NCBI RefSeq assembly: GCF_036971445.1
Contig: NC_091469.1
Location: 416,578,001 to 416,642,000 of the forward strand
DNA: 64,000 nt
Source: Narcine bancroftii
Lineage: Eukaryota
Direction: 5' to 3'
The notes under the pieces are model-generated. The model had not been told where the DNA came from. It searched no databases and saw only the letters and a list, made by a program, of their open reading frames with translations. Positions within the stretch are counted from its first letter, which is position 1, and every line of letters begins with the position of its first letter. The position numbers and the translations under genes were made by a program. Of the stretch, positions 26,255 through 39,559 are shown one piece after another.

Positions 26255-27145
26255 AATTGCTGAAAGAGGAGGAGCGAGAGACTCAGGAGAGCTGTGAGTG
26301 TCGGGAACTAGCTGGAGGTGAGTGGAATTTAAATAGGGAGTGAAGGGCAAGTTAAGGGTCAAACAGAACATGATTGATAGGAGGAGTAATAAAGATAAGG
26401 GGTAGTGACAAATAAAAAGAGGAATAGCTCAAGTGGAGTGGTTTAGGGTAGGAATGGGATTTAGAGGCTTTGGCTCAAAACACTTCAGCAAACAGAGGCT
26501 AAGGATGAGCTTTATTCAGTGAGGTAAGGCCAGATATTTGTATTTAAATTAGGAAGAGTAAATACAGACAGCTAGGTCAGTGGAATGCTCCAATTGCAGG
26601 ATGTGGGAAATATGGGACAACACAATTGTCCCTGATGACCACACCTGCAAGAGATGCATCCAGCTGCAGCCCCCGGAAGACTGAGATGAGGCTGGATGAA
26701 CTCCAGATCATTCGGGAGGCATAGGCGGTGATAGAGAGGAGCTTCAGGGAGACAGTAACCCTTAAAAGTCATGAGGCAGGTAACTTGGTGACTGTTAGGA
26801 GAGGGAAGGGGAATAACCAGACAGTGCAGAGCACCCCTGTGGCCATTCCCTTCAACAATAAGTATACTGTTTTAGATACTGTTGGTGGAGGGGGGGGGTG
26901 GTTCTATCAGGCAAGTGTTGTGATGGCCTTGTCTCTGGCACAGAGGCTAGCTGCTTAGCTCAGAAGGGAAGAGGGAAGAAGAGGAGGGCTATGGTGATTG
27001 GGGGCTGATTGTTTAGATAAGTAGATATGAGGTTCCCACCTGATATATTGCCTCCCAGGTGCCAAGGTCAGGGATGTCTCTGATCAAGTTGACAGCATTC
27101 TGGAGGGGGAGGGGAAGCTGCCAGATGTTGTGGACAACGTGGGGA
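26255..27145 (+). mobile_element. CR1 5'UTR/ORF1 fragment (zinc finger plus esterase-like)
   Basis: CRMWE...PDDHTCKRCIQLQ, PVAIPFNNKYTVLDTV, CLPGAKVRDV. Confidence 0.7.
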
Positions 27146-27221
27146 ACATTTCCCTTACAATATAGAGGAGGGGAAATCATTCTAGCAGGAAGATCTTTTC
27201 TCAAGAGCTATCAAGGTCCCT

Positions 27222-27451
27222 CATGATAGGCTCTATCAATAACTCCAAAGACATAGAGTGAGGAATGATAGGCTTTATTATCTTTTAGACGTAGCTGGTC
27301 CAATTCCGTGTGCTTGACTAAGGACAGGAAGAGAGAGGTTGACCTTTATTCCAGGGTCACAAGGGGAGTAGTTACCAGGGAGTGAGTCAACAGTGGGGGA
27401 CAGGCCAGCTACCCATTGATATTTACATATACACATATTCATATCACCACA
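27222..27451 (-). mobile_element. Probable solo LTR
   Basis: Minus strand starts TGTGGTGATATG; AATAAA on minus near 27275. Confidence 0.5.
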
Positions 27452-28235
27452 TCTCACTCACAGCTCCATCATCTGAAGATCAATGAATCCAGAAATGCAG
27501 ACTTTAAAAAGCACTTCTGCAGAATTATGTCACTATGTAAGGAGAATTCCAGCCACAATGCCATGCTAGCAGCAATGTGCTGTAGAGACAAAGTTAACAT
27601 CACCTGAGTTTAGTCTTTCAATTCCTCAGGCAAGGACAGCTGCCATAGCTTGTCTGCGTCCACCATTGTAGACAATGTGAATGAAACTCTCAAGGAGAAA
27701 ATATTTGAGTTATTTGAACATCAGAGAGTATAGGTATACACATTATAATGGGAAGGTCATGTGACCTCTCCAGCAGACAAGAGATCAGAAGTGACTTCAC
27801 CTGTCAATCAATGGTTAGATCTGTCCACCTGTGAGGCTGATGTGTGATTGGCTCTTGCATCTGACATGTGATTGGTCCTCCAGATGCCAATCAATGTTTA
27901 GATCAGCCAACAGGTGAGGCTTATGTGTGATTGGTCATCGCAAGTCACATGGACAGGCCCTGTAATGAAAAAGCCCACAAGTGGCATCACTTTTTTTTTC
28001 TGTTTATTCCGTGAACACCATCACTGAACTCCAGGCTGTGGGCCTCAGGCAGCTAATAAGCTCATGAACCTGGTCTCCAGTATTGCTGCTGTTTGGGACA
28101 TGAGACGGGCCCAAATTTAGGCCTGTTCCAGATCCTAAGCAGTGGTGATACTGGAGACCAGGCTTATGTGGTCATTAGCTGGAACCATTTCTGAGGTCCA
28201 GGGATAGCTCCGGATGGTCAACTGCAATGGGTCTT

Positions 28236-28352
28236 TCTCTCACTCACACACATTCTCACTCACACGCATTCTCACTCACATACTTTCTCACATGCATTCT
28301 CATTCATACAGTCTCTCAAATGCACACTCTCACGTACATTCTCACACACACA
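28236..28352. repeat. Degenerate (CA/CT)n microsatellite
   Basis: CTCACTCACACACATTCTCA-type repeats. Confidence 0.7.
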
Positions 28353-28909
28353 ATCCCAGAAAAAGTGAGCTTCCTGCATTGACAGGTTGAATAAGGGTGA
28401 CAGAGCCAGCAATTTGAACTCTGCCAAAGAACTGCCACGAACACTGATCTCTGCCGACACTGAAAACAGAGACTCTCAGGAGAAACTGTCCAGCTCCGAG
28501 GGTTTGATATTTCTGTGTTGGATGGCTTAAGGGCCTATGGCCTGTAACCTGGAGTTCAGCAACAGTCACAACTAATGAACACGTACACACAAACCTGGCC
28601 TTTAGTGTCATAGCAGCTTGGGATCCGGGATGGGCCCATCATTGTTGGCCCTTCGGAGCTGCCAATGGCCTATACTCTGGTGCTCCACAATGGTCCAGGG
28701 AGCAGCTAAAAAAAGAGAGGCTCCATGTGGTGGGATTTTTCAATACATGATCTGCGAGGACCAATCATGCATCAGTCTCACAGGTGTGCAGATCTAACCT
28801 TTGATTGGCAGGTTATGTCACTTTCAATCTCTTGCTTGCTGAAGAAGTCACATGATCCTCCCATTACATTCTGTCCCTCGGAAGTCACCGCACCATGCCA
28901 ATCATTTAC

Positions 28910-29760
28910 AGGTTAGTACCCCGTGGATGTATTTACATTACACACAGCCCATACCCACTGATAGCCTGTCAATTTCCCCCAACCTCACAGGTTCACCAGC
29001 TTCTCCATGTGGTGTTATCTTCAAGGGAATGGTCCCTGGCTCATTTAATTTGTTCCTAGAGACTCATATGCGATGAGTGAGTGGATATTCCCCAAATGGC
29101 CCAGAATGCAAGTGCAGCGCTTCTTATCGACCACAGTCCTGGTGCCACCTCTGTCTGCAAGCAGGTAGCCCAAAGCTATCTGTCTCTTCCTTATGCCAAA
29201 GTGCTACAGCCATCTTGTTGAACAGCATCTCCACCATGGTGCCCATTCATCTGGGTGCCCCTTTAGATTTACAGGACATATGGTGGCACACATCTCAGAC
29301 AGCAGCCACCGTACCATCCCATGGGTAGCCAGGGGTTGGCCCAGCAGCTGCACATCCAGGGCATACCATTTAGCCCTGGGAGCAACCACTCTTGCTAGGC
29401 TGTCAGCCTTTCATGCCTGGATATTATTCCTGTTCTCACTCCCACCGATTGAATTTACAACTGCACAAATATTCCCCAGACCTGTTTACCGGTTGTGGAC
29501 TCACTCTGAGAGTTGCATCTTTGTATTGGCCAGATTGTGCATCATTCAGTTCCTTCAGCAGATTGTTTTTTACTCCAGATTTCAACATTTGCATCTCCTG
29601 TGTGTCTTCATTCTGAAGGTGTCCTGGCATATTCACAGTAACATATGAACAAATAATTCCTGGCTCCTCACTCCTATGTGGGCTCATGGAAGTAAAGAAG
29701 AGCCCAGCTACAACCACAGTCATGGAGGAACATTATGGAGACTATCATCTGAGTGTTGAA
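28910..29760 (-). mobile_element. Very decayed LTR-retrotransposon internal fragment
   Basis: Weak integrase-like remnants only. Confidence 0.3.
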
Positions 29761-30617
29761 ATTAGTCTTAACAGCACACACCCTACGTAGTCTTTGAACA
29801 GTTCACAAGGTGGCATTAATGAGAACATGAGCCATTCTCATTATTCAACAGGATGAAGATACAAGAAAGGACGAAGAACATGGTGGAAAGCAATAAAATG
29901 AGGATCAAACTGGAGTGCAGAGTGAACCTCCTTGTGGTTCAGATGAGGACCCTTCATTAATAAGCAAGACCCTAGAGATGCTGTTCATGCTCAACAACAG
30001 CAAAGCCTTGTTATTTGGATTGGGAATAAATTAGAAAATTACCACCATGTTACAGTAGTACACAGCAATAAATATCTCTGTAAACAGAAATTCTCACTCT
30101 TTTCTTTACATTGCACAGCATTGCCATTATTCTTTCTTCCACCAGCAAGATCCTAGCGATAACGATGGAAAGTAAGGTAAATAAGTGTTTGTTTTGTGCA
30201 GAGGACATGAAAAGGCTACAGAAGGTTGAGTCATCTCCCATCCTCGTAGAAGCTTTCAATAATCTATATACATGTAATATAAGTTACAGATTGGACATAC
30301 TGAGGATCCTCAATAATATTCTCCACTTGCCTCTGAATGCATTTCCTGCCCATAGATCACCATTATCACTTGAACTTGCATTCATTCCAACAATGCACAA
30401 CAGACGAACTGAAAGGGAATCACACTCTCAAGGACAATTAGAAATGGGCAATAAGTGCCTGCATTGCCAGTGACACCCACATCTCATACATTAATAACTA
30501 AACTTGTCAATGTTTCCACCCCAGGAAAAAACATAGAAGAAATAGTTCAACCTGTTTTTTTTTTCAGTTCAGTTCACTTCAAGTTTATTGTCATCTAATT
30601 TATTTTAAATAAATATA

Positions 30618-32742
30618 TTCTTTCTTTGGCTTGGCTTCGTGGACGAAGATTTATGGAGGGGTAATGTCCACGTCAGCTGCAGGCTCGTTTGTGGCTGACA
30701 AGTCCAATGCGGGACAGGCAGACATGGTTGCAGCGGTTGCAAGGGAAAATTGGTTGGTTGGAGTTGGGTGTTGGGTTTTTCCTCCTTTGTCTTTTGACAG
30801 TGAGGTGGGCTCTGCGGCCTTCTTCAAAGGAGGTTGCTGCCCGCCGAACTGAGAGGCGCCAAGATGCATGGTTTGAGGCGATATCAGCCCACTGGCGGTG
30901 GTCAATGTGGCAGGCACCAAGAGATTTCTTTAGGCAGTCCTCGTACCTCTTCTTTGGTGCACCTCTGTCTCGGTGGCCAGTGGAGAGCTCGCCATATAAC
31001 ACGATCTTGGGAAGGCGATGGTCCTCCATTCTGGAGACGTGACCTACCCAGCGCAGTTGGATCTTCATCAGCGTGGATTCAATGCTGTCGGCCTCTGCCA
31101 TCTTGAGTACTTCAATGTTGGAGATGAAGACGCTCCAATGAATGTTGAGGATGGAGCGGAGACAATGCTGGTGGAAGCGTTCTAGAAGCCGTAGGTGATG
31201 CCGGTAAAGGACGCATGATTCGGAGCCGAACAGGAGTGTGGGTATGACAACGGCTCTGTATACGCTAATCTTTGTGAGGTTTTTCAGTTGGTTGTTTTTC
31301 CAGACTCTTTTGTGTAGTCTTCCAAAGGCGCTATTTGCCTTGGCGAGTCTGTTGTCTATCTCATTGTCGATCCTTGCATCCGATGAAATAGTGCAGCCGA
31401 GATAGGTAAACTGGTTGACCGTTTTGAGTTTTGTGTGCCCGATGGAGATGTGGGGGGGGGGTGGGGGGCTGGTAGTCATGGTGGGGAGCTGGCTGATGAA
31501 GGACCTCAGTTTTCTTCAGGCCAAACATTTTGGCAGTTTCCGCAAAACAGAACGTCAAGCGCTGAAGAGCTGGCTCAGAATGGGCAACTAAAGCGGCATC
31601 GTCTGCAAAGAGTAGTTAACGGACAAGTTGCTCTTGTGTCTTTGTGTGAGCTTGCAGGCACCTCAGATTGAAGAGACTGACATTCGTGCGGTACCGGATG
31701 TAAACAGCGTCTTCATTGTTGAGGTCTTTCATGGCTTGTTTCAGCATCATGCTGAAGTAGATTGAAAAGACGGTTAGTGAGAGAATGCAGCCTTGCTTCA
31801 CGCCATTGTTAATGGAGAAGGGTTCAGAGAGCTCATTGCTATATCTGACCCGACCTTGTTGGTTTTCGTGCAGTTGGATAACCATGTTGAGGAACTTTGG
31901 GGGGCATCCGAGGCGCTCTAGTATTTGCCAAAGCCCTTTCCTACTCACGGTGTCGAAGGCTTTGGTGAGGTCAACAAAGGTGATGTAGAGTGCTTTGTTT
32001 TGTTCTCTGCACTTTTCTTGGAGCTGTCTGAGTGCAAAGACCATGTCAGTAGTTCCTCTGCGTGAAAGCCGCACTGTGATTCTGGGAGAACATTTTCAGC
32101 GACACTAGGTATTATTCTATTACGGAGAATCCTAGCGAAGATTTTGCCTGCAATGGAGAGCAGCGTGATCCCCCTGTAGTTTGAGCAGTCTGATTTCTCG
32201 CCTTTGTTTTTGTACAGGGTGATGATGATGGCATCACGTAGGTCCTGAGGCAGCTTTCCTTGGTCCCAGCAGAGCATGAAAAACTCATGCAGTTTGGCAT
32301 GCAGAGTTTTGCCGCCAGCCTTCCAGACCTCTGGGGGGATTCCATCCATACCTGCTGCTTTGCCACTTTTCAGTTGTTCAATTGCCTTACATGTCTCTTC
32401 CCAGGTGAGGACCTCATCCAGCTCTAGCCTTAAGGGCTGTTGAGAGAGCTGGAGCAGGGCAGATTCTTGAACTGAGCGGTTGGCACTAAAAAGTGATTGG
32501 AAGTGTTCTGACCATCGGTTGAGGATGGAGATCTTGTCGCTGAGGAGGACTTTGCCATCTGAGCTGTGCAGCTGGCTTTGGGCTTGTAGTTTGAGCAGTC
32601 TGATTCCTCGCCTTTGTTTTTGTACAGGGTGATGATGATGGCATCATGAAGGTCCTGAGGCAGCTTTCCTTGGTCCCAGCAGAGCTTGAAAAACTCATGC
32701 AGTTTGGCATGCAGAGTTTTGCTGCCAGCCTTCCAGACCTCT
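30618..32742 (-). mobile_element. RTE LINE, 5'-truncated, frameshifted, with a duplicated segment at its 5' end
   Basis: ORFs 30673..31479, 31616..32074 and 31945..32349 are near-identical to the 21770 copy; 32586-32742 repeats 32175-32331. Confidence 0.95.
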
Positions 32743-32771
32743 CATATATATACTGTGTATAATTGTATAAA

Positions 32772-32845
32772 CGAGCCTGCAGCTGACGTGGACTTTTTAC
32801 CCCCTCCATAAATCTTCGTCCGCGAAGCCAAGCCAAAGAAAGAAG
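32772..32845 (+). mobile_element. ~75-bp RTE 3'-end insertion
   Basis: CGAGCCTGCAGCTGA...GCCAAGCCAAAGAAAGAAG; TSD AATTGT(A/G)TAAA (32761-32771 / 32846-32856). Confidence 0.85.
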
Positions 32846-33769
32846 AATTGTGTAAAAGTTTAATTTTCGAGACCATTCTTAATGTTAAATTTATGGGGTT
32901 CACTATTACATGGATATTACTTTTACTTATTACTTTTCACTCAAGAATCCAAAACTGAATCAGTGGCAGAAGTCCAAATGATCTTTAAACAAATAAAGAG
33001 GAACATAATGAATCAAAGTAATAACAGTGTCTATACATCAAAACACATGTCCTACCAAGTAACAAAAAGCATAAGAGTAAAAGATTAAGTAAAAACACAA
33101 AGGGTTGTGGGGGGTGGGGGTGGGAAGAAAGGGGGAACTTAAAGGAGGAGATGGGATTTGAGTAGGGAGAGGTGTGATGAGAGAGGGAAGGGTAAGGAGA
33201 GGTTATAGGGCGATGAGCCTGTGGGATCAAGCAGCGGAGGTATCCAAGCTATCAGTCTTGCGGAGGCTGAGTTTGGTGTGAGTATAGGCGAAGGAGTCGA
33301 CGTGATGCTGACACAGGGGATGTCGGGACTGAGGCAAGTACAGTATCTGTGCTGTCAGAGACATTGGGAGTTCCTGCCTGTGGGTAGCCAGAGCTGAGGT
33401 GACTGACTAGAGTCAATTTTCACATGAAATGTATGGAAAATTCCAGTTTTCTTTGGACAAAAATAGGGGGTCAACTTTTACTTGAGGTATACTTTTATTT
33501 TTTTTTTTATTTTTTTTTTTATTTTTTATTTTTCACACCATAAATCACATTAGCCATGATATACACTTTTTCTTTTTCACACATATACAGTGACTTTTTC
33601 TCCCCCCCCCCTCCCTCCTCCCAGGCCACCTCCCCACCCACCCCCTCTCATCCATTTTAGGTATACAATCTAGGTTGCATTAAACCAGTCAGACAATGTT
33701 GTCATTCAACAAAAATACACCAGAAATTCTACTGAGTCCATTCTTTTCTTTCCTTCTCCTTCCATCAAC

Positions 33770-36700
33770 TTAGGTAATGTTTGTCCCCGGTAGGTTTTCG
33801 CTATTGTATTTAATGTAAGGCTCCCATATTTGTTTGAATATTTCAATATTATTTCTTAAACTATATGTTATTTTTTCTAATGGAATACATTTATTCATTT
33901 CTATATACCATTGTTGTATTTTCAAATTATCTTCCAATTTCCAGGTTGACATAATACATTTTTTTGCTACGGCTAGGGCTATCTTAACAAATCTTTTTTG
34001 TGCATCCTCCAAATCAATTCCAAATTCTTTGTTTTTTATGTTACTTAGGAGAAAGATCTCTGGATTCTTTGGTATATTGTTTTCTGTTATTTCATTTAAT
34101 ATCTGATTGAGATCATCCCAAAATTTTTCTACTCTCTCACATGTCCAGATTGCATGAATTGTTGTTCCCATTTCTTTTTTACATCGAAAACATCTATCAG
34201 ATACTGTTGGGTCCCATTTATTTAACTTTTGCGGTGTAATGTATAGTCTGTGTAACCAATTATATTGTATCATACGTAGCCTTGTATTTATTGTATTTCT
34301 CATCGTTCCAGAACATAATTTCTCCCATGTTTCCTTTTTTATCTTTATATTTAAATCTTGTTCCCATTTTTGTTTAGTTTTACCATTTGTTTCCTCATTC
34401 TCCTTTTCTTGCAGTTTAATATACATATTTGTTATAAATCTTTTGATTAACATTGTATCTGTAATCACATATTCAAGGTTACTTCCCTCTGGTAAACTCA
34501 AATTGCTTCCTAATTTATCCTTCAAGTAGGATCTCAGTTGGTAATATGCCAGCGCTGTATCTCCAGTTTTATTGTACTTATCTCTCATTTGTTCAAAGGA
34601 TAAGAATCTACTTCCTGAAAAACAATTTTCTATTATTTTAATCCCTTTTTTTTCCCATTCTCTAAAGGAAAGGTTATCTATTGTAAAAGGGAGTAGCTTA
34701 TTTTGCGTCAATATTAGTTTAGGTAATTGATAATTTGTTTTATTTCTTTCTACATGAATCTTCTTCCAAATATTGAGGAGATGATGTAGTACTGGAGAAG
34801 TTCTATGTTGTACCAATTTTTCGTCCCATTTATATAATGTGTTCAGGTATCTTTTCCCCTATTTTATCTAATTCTAATCTCGTCCAGTCTGGTTTTTCCC
34901 TTGTTTGATAAAAATCTGATAGGTATCTTAATTGTGTGGCTCTATAATAATTTTTGAAGTTTGGCAATTGTAAGCCTCCTTGTTTTTACCATTCTGTTAA
35001 TTTATCTAGTGCTATCCTCGGTTTCCCCCCTCTCCATAAAAATTTCCTTATTATTTTCTTTAACTCTTTGAAGAATTTTTCTGTCAGTTGTATTGGCAAT
35101 ACCTGAAATAAGTATAATATCCTTGGAAAAATGTTCATTTTAATACAGTTTATCCTTCCTATCAGTGTTAGTGGTAGATCTTTCCAATGCTCTAAATCGT
35201 CCTGTAATTTTTTCATTAGTGGATTGTAATTGAGTTTATATAATTGGCCTAGATTTTTGTTTATTTGTACACCTAGGTATCTTATTGCCTGCATTTGCCA
35301 TCTGAATGGAGATTCCTTCTTAAATTTTCAGAAATCCGCATTATTCATAGGCATTGCTTCACTTTTATTTACGTTTATCTTGTAACCCGACACTTCTCCA
35401 TATTCGTTCAATTTCTTATATAATTCTTTTATTGATAGTTCTGGTTCTGTTAAGTACACTATAACATCATCCGCAAATAGACTGATTTTATATTCCCTGT
35501 CTTTTATTTTTATTCCTTTTATATTATTATCTATTCTTATCAATTCTGCTAGTGGTTCTATAGCTAGCGCAAACAATAAAGGTGATAGTGGGCATCCCTG
35601 CCGCGTTGACCTGCTTAAGTTAAATTGCTTTGATACATGTCCATTTACTGTCACTTTCGCTAACGGTCCCTTATATAATGCTTTAATCCAATTAATATAC
35701 TTCTCCGGTAAACTGAATTTTTGCAATACTTTGAACAAATAATTCCATTCTACTCTGTCGAAGGCCTTCTCTGTGTCTAAAGCAACTGCTACTGTAGGTG
35801 CTTTATTTCCTTCTACTGCATGAATTAAGTTAATAAATTTACAAATATTGTCTGTTGTGCGTCTTTTTTTGATAAATCCAGTTTGGTCTAAATTTACCAT
35901 TTTCGGTACCTGTTCTGCTAATCTGTTTGCTAATAGTTTAGCTATTATCTTATAATCTGTGTTTAGCAAAGATATTGGTCTATATGACGCTGGTGAGAGT
36001 GGATCTTTCCCTTGTTTTAGTATTACTGTAATTATTGCTGTTTTACATGAATCTGGTAAGCTTTGTGTTTCATCAATCTGGTTGATTACATCCAGGAGGG
36101 GCGGTATTAATAAGTCTTTAAATGTTTTGTAGAATTCTATTGGAAATCCATCCTCTCCTGGTGTCTTATTATTTGGTAATTTTTTTATTATCTCTTGTAT
36201 TTCTACTGTTCCAAATGGTTCTGTTAATTTATTTTGTTCCTCTATTTGTAGTTTTGGTAGTTCAATTTTAGTCAAAAATTCATCTATTTTCCCTTCTTTC
36301 CCTTCGTTTTCAGTTCGGTATAATTGTTCATAGAATTCTCTAAAGTTTTCCTTAATTTCTTTTGGATTATATGTAATTTGTTTGTCTTTTTTCCTTGATG
36401 CCAATACCATTTTCTTAGCTTGTTCTGTCTTAAGCTGCCATGCTAGGATTTTGTGCGTTTTTTCACCTAGTTCATAATATTTCTGTTTTGTCTTCATTAT
36501 ATTCTTCTCTACCTTATATGTTTGTAATGTTTCATATTTTATTTTTTTATCCGCCAATTCTCTTCTTTTAGTTGTATCTTCCTTCATTGCTAATTTTTTT
36601 TCTATGTTTACTATTTCCCTTTCCAACTGCTCTGTTTCCTGATTATAGTCCTTCGTCATCTTGGTTACATAACTTATTATTTGCCCTCTAATGAATGCTT

Positions 36701-37565
36701 TCATTGCGTCCCATAGTATAAACTTATCTTCCACTGATTCCGTATTTACTTCAAAATACATTTTTAATTGTTTTTCAATAAATTCTCCAAAATCCTGTCT
36801 TTTAAGTAGCATGGGGTTTAATCTCCATCTATACATTCTTGGAGGGATGTCCTCTAGCTTTACTGTCAATATTAAGGGTGAATGGTCTGATAGCATTCTC
36901 GCTTTATATTCTGTTTTTCTTACTCTATCCTGCATACTAGCTGATAACAAAAATAGGTCTATTCTTGAGTATGTTTTATGTCTAGCCGAGTAGTATGAGT
37001 ATTCCTTTTCTTTTGGGTTTTTTTTCCTCCATATGTCCAAAAGTTTCATTTCTTGCATTGATTTAATTAAAAATTTAGTTACTTTGTTCTTCCTGTTAAT
37101 TTTTTTCCCCGTTTTATCCCTATTTGGATCCAAATTCAGGTTGAAATCCCCTCCTATTAGTATGTTCCCTTGCGTATTAGCTACCTTCAAAAAGATATCT
37201 TGCATAAACTTTTGATCTTCTTCGTTAGGTGAATATACATTAAGTAGATTCCAAAACTCCGAATATATCTGACATTTTATCATAACATATCTCCCTGCTG
37301 GATCTATTATTTCCTCTTCTATTTTAAATGGCACATTTTTACTAATTAATATAGCCACTCCTCTTGCTTTTGAATTATACGATGCTGCTGTTACATGTCC
37401 GACCCAATCTCTCTTTAATTTCTTGTGCTCCAATTCAGTTAAGTGTGTTTCTTGGACGAATGCTATATCAATTTTTTCCTTTTTCAGTAAATTTAGTAGT
37501 TTCTTCCTTTTAATTTGGTTGTGTATTCCATTAATATTTAAAGTCATATACTTCAGCGTAGCCAT
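33770..37565 (-). pseudogene. L1 ORF2 (APE endonuclease, RT, CCHC) with two nonsense codons and one frameshift
   Basis: NING, QETH, GDFN, SDH; RQGCPLSP, FADD; CFRC..HAIWTC; in-frame stops at ~35328 and ~34986, frameshift ~34840. Confidence 0.95.
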
Positions 37566-38026
37566 TTTATATTTTGTTTATCTTCTCTTTCCGTTTTTCC
37601 ATCATTACCTTTCCTCCTTTTCCATTTCTGTTTTCTTATTTTCAACTCTTTATAAGACAACATTCCTACAACATCCAACATTTGCCTTATTCTCCTATTT
37701 ATATCTTCTTTATCCCCAATCTCCCCTTCCCCTCCTGAGTTGTCCTTTATCCCTTGTCGGACAACCACATCTCCCCTCTCCATTTGGGTTTGTGAATCCA
37801 CTCGCAAGCGTCAACTGATTTTGCAGTGACCGCTATTTCCCCCCACCCAGCCCCCCCCAGAAAAGATTTCACTTTTCATATGTAACAAAGGTCACTCTTT
37901 TAATTCCCTCCTTATTCTCTCTATTCCATTACCTTCCCTTATTAATTCTTGTCTATACTATCTATATTTTCCTCTAAGTACAGATGCATTCACGTATGCA
38001 CATTGTCTCTATTCACTCTTATACCT

Positions 38027-38174
38027 CTTTACCCGCATACATATCAATCGTGATCATTTTTACTCTCATTACCCGTCTTCATCCCTCAGTCTATTTTTGT
38101 CTTTACCCACATACATATCAATCGTGATCATTTTTACTCTCATTACCCGTCTTCATCCTTCAGTCTATTTTTGT
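38027..38174. repeat. 74-bp tandem duplication at the L1 ORF1 end / inter-ORF spacer
   Basis: 38027-38100 and 38101-38174 differ at only 2 positions. Confidence 0.9.
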
Positions 38175-39000
38175 AATTGTTCTGCAAATTTTTGTGCTTC
38201 TTCTGGATCCGAGAATAGTCTGTTTCGTTGTCCTGGAATAAATATTTTCAATACCGCTGGATGCTTTAGTATAAATTTATATCCTTTGATGTATTGAACT
38301 CTTTTCTCTTCTTTAGGAGTTCAAAACTTATATCTGGATAAATGAAGATTTTTTGCCCTTTATACTCCAGTGGTTTGTTGCCCTCTCTTACTTTTTCCAT
38401 TGTCTTCTCCAGTACCTTTTCTCTTGTAGTATATCTTAGGAATTTTACTAAAATAGATCTTGGTTTTTGTTGTGGTTGTGGTTTAGAGGCCAATGCTTTA
38501 TGTGCCCTCTCTATTTCCATTTCTTGCTGTAGTTCTGGACATCCTAGGGTCTTAGGGATCCAATCTTTTATAAACTCCCTCATATTCTTGCCTTCTTCAT
38601 CTTCCTTAAGGCCCACTATCTTTATGTTATTTCTTCTGTTATAATTTTCCATTATATCTATTTTTTGAGCTAGTAGTTCTTGTGTCTCTTTAGTTTTTTT
38701 TATTAGATTCCTCCAATTTCTTTCTTAAGTCTTCTACCTCCATTTCTGCTGCTACTGCCCACTCTTCCATCTTGTCCATTTTCTTTCCCATTTCTGTTAA
38801 GGTCATATCTATTTTATTCATTTTCTCTTCTGTGTTGTTTATTCTTCTTCTTAAATCATTAAATTCCTGTGTTTGCCATTCTTTAAATGACTCCATGTAT
38901 CCTCTAACAAGAGAAAGTATATCCTTTATCTTGCCTTTCCCTTCTTCTTCTATTTCACTGTACTCTTCCTCTTCTTCTTCCTCTGGGTTGGCCATCTGTT
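38160..39000 (-). pseudogene. L1 ORF1 (coiled coil plus RRM), frameshifted
   Basis: RRNNIKIVGLKE, EIERAH, PRSILVKFL, IYPDIS. Confidence 0.9.
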
Positions 39001-39559
39001 GTTTCTTTGTTGCCCTTTTCTTCTCTTCTTTCTTGTTTCCATTGTCTTCTGTGGTCTCTTCTTGCTGCAGGTGTTCTGCAGCTGTCGTTGCCGGCTGTGG
39101 AGATCGACTCCCCAGCTGGTCCCCCCTCCCGTCGGTGTGTTTTTTTTCATGCTCATCGCCCGCGCATGCGCGGTTGCGCACTTTTACTCGGCTCAGCGAG
39201 CCATTTTTGTAGTCCTATTTCTACCGACCTGAGGAAGCGGGCTTCTCTCTCCACAGCGGGCCTCTTCGGACAGGTAAGGCCTTCTCCTTCTTCCTCTGTT
39301 GTCTTCTCTTCTTCTCTTCTTACCGTTGATTTTGATTTTTCTTTTTTTGTCGCCATCTTCTTTCCACCTTTATACTCACTTTTCTGTAACTTTTATTTCT
39401 GTGCCTTTGTATTTTCTCTTGTTTTTCCCGACTTTTCTGGAGAGGGCTGGAGTTCACCGTCCGGCCACTACTCCATCCCGTGACTCCTCCGAGGTATACT
39501 TTTACATGAGTATATATGGTAAATATTTTCAGCTGATTTACTAAGTAACAGGATACTCT

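Larger units (their letters stand above)
33498..39490 (-). mobile_element. Full-length L1-clade LINE (~6.0 kb)
   Basis: TSD GAGGTATACTTTTA (33484-33497 / 39491-39504) containing the TTTT/A nick site; poly(A) tail; CpG-rich 5'UTR; ORF1 and ORF2. Confidence 0.97.
32753..39519. mobile_element. Tc1/pogo(Tigger)-type MITE of ~0.7 kb split by RTE and L1 insertions
   Basis: Reconstructed left end TA|CTGTGTATAATTGTGTAAAAGT versus right end reverse complement TA|CCATATATACTCATGTAAAAGT; TA flanks. Confidence 0.6.
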
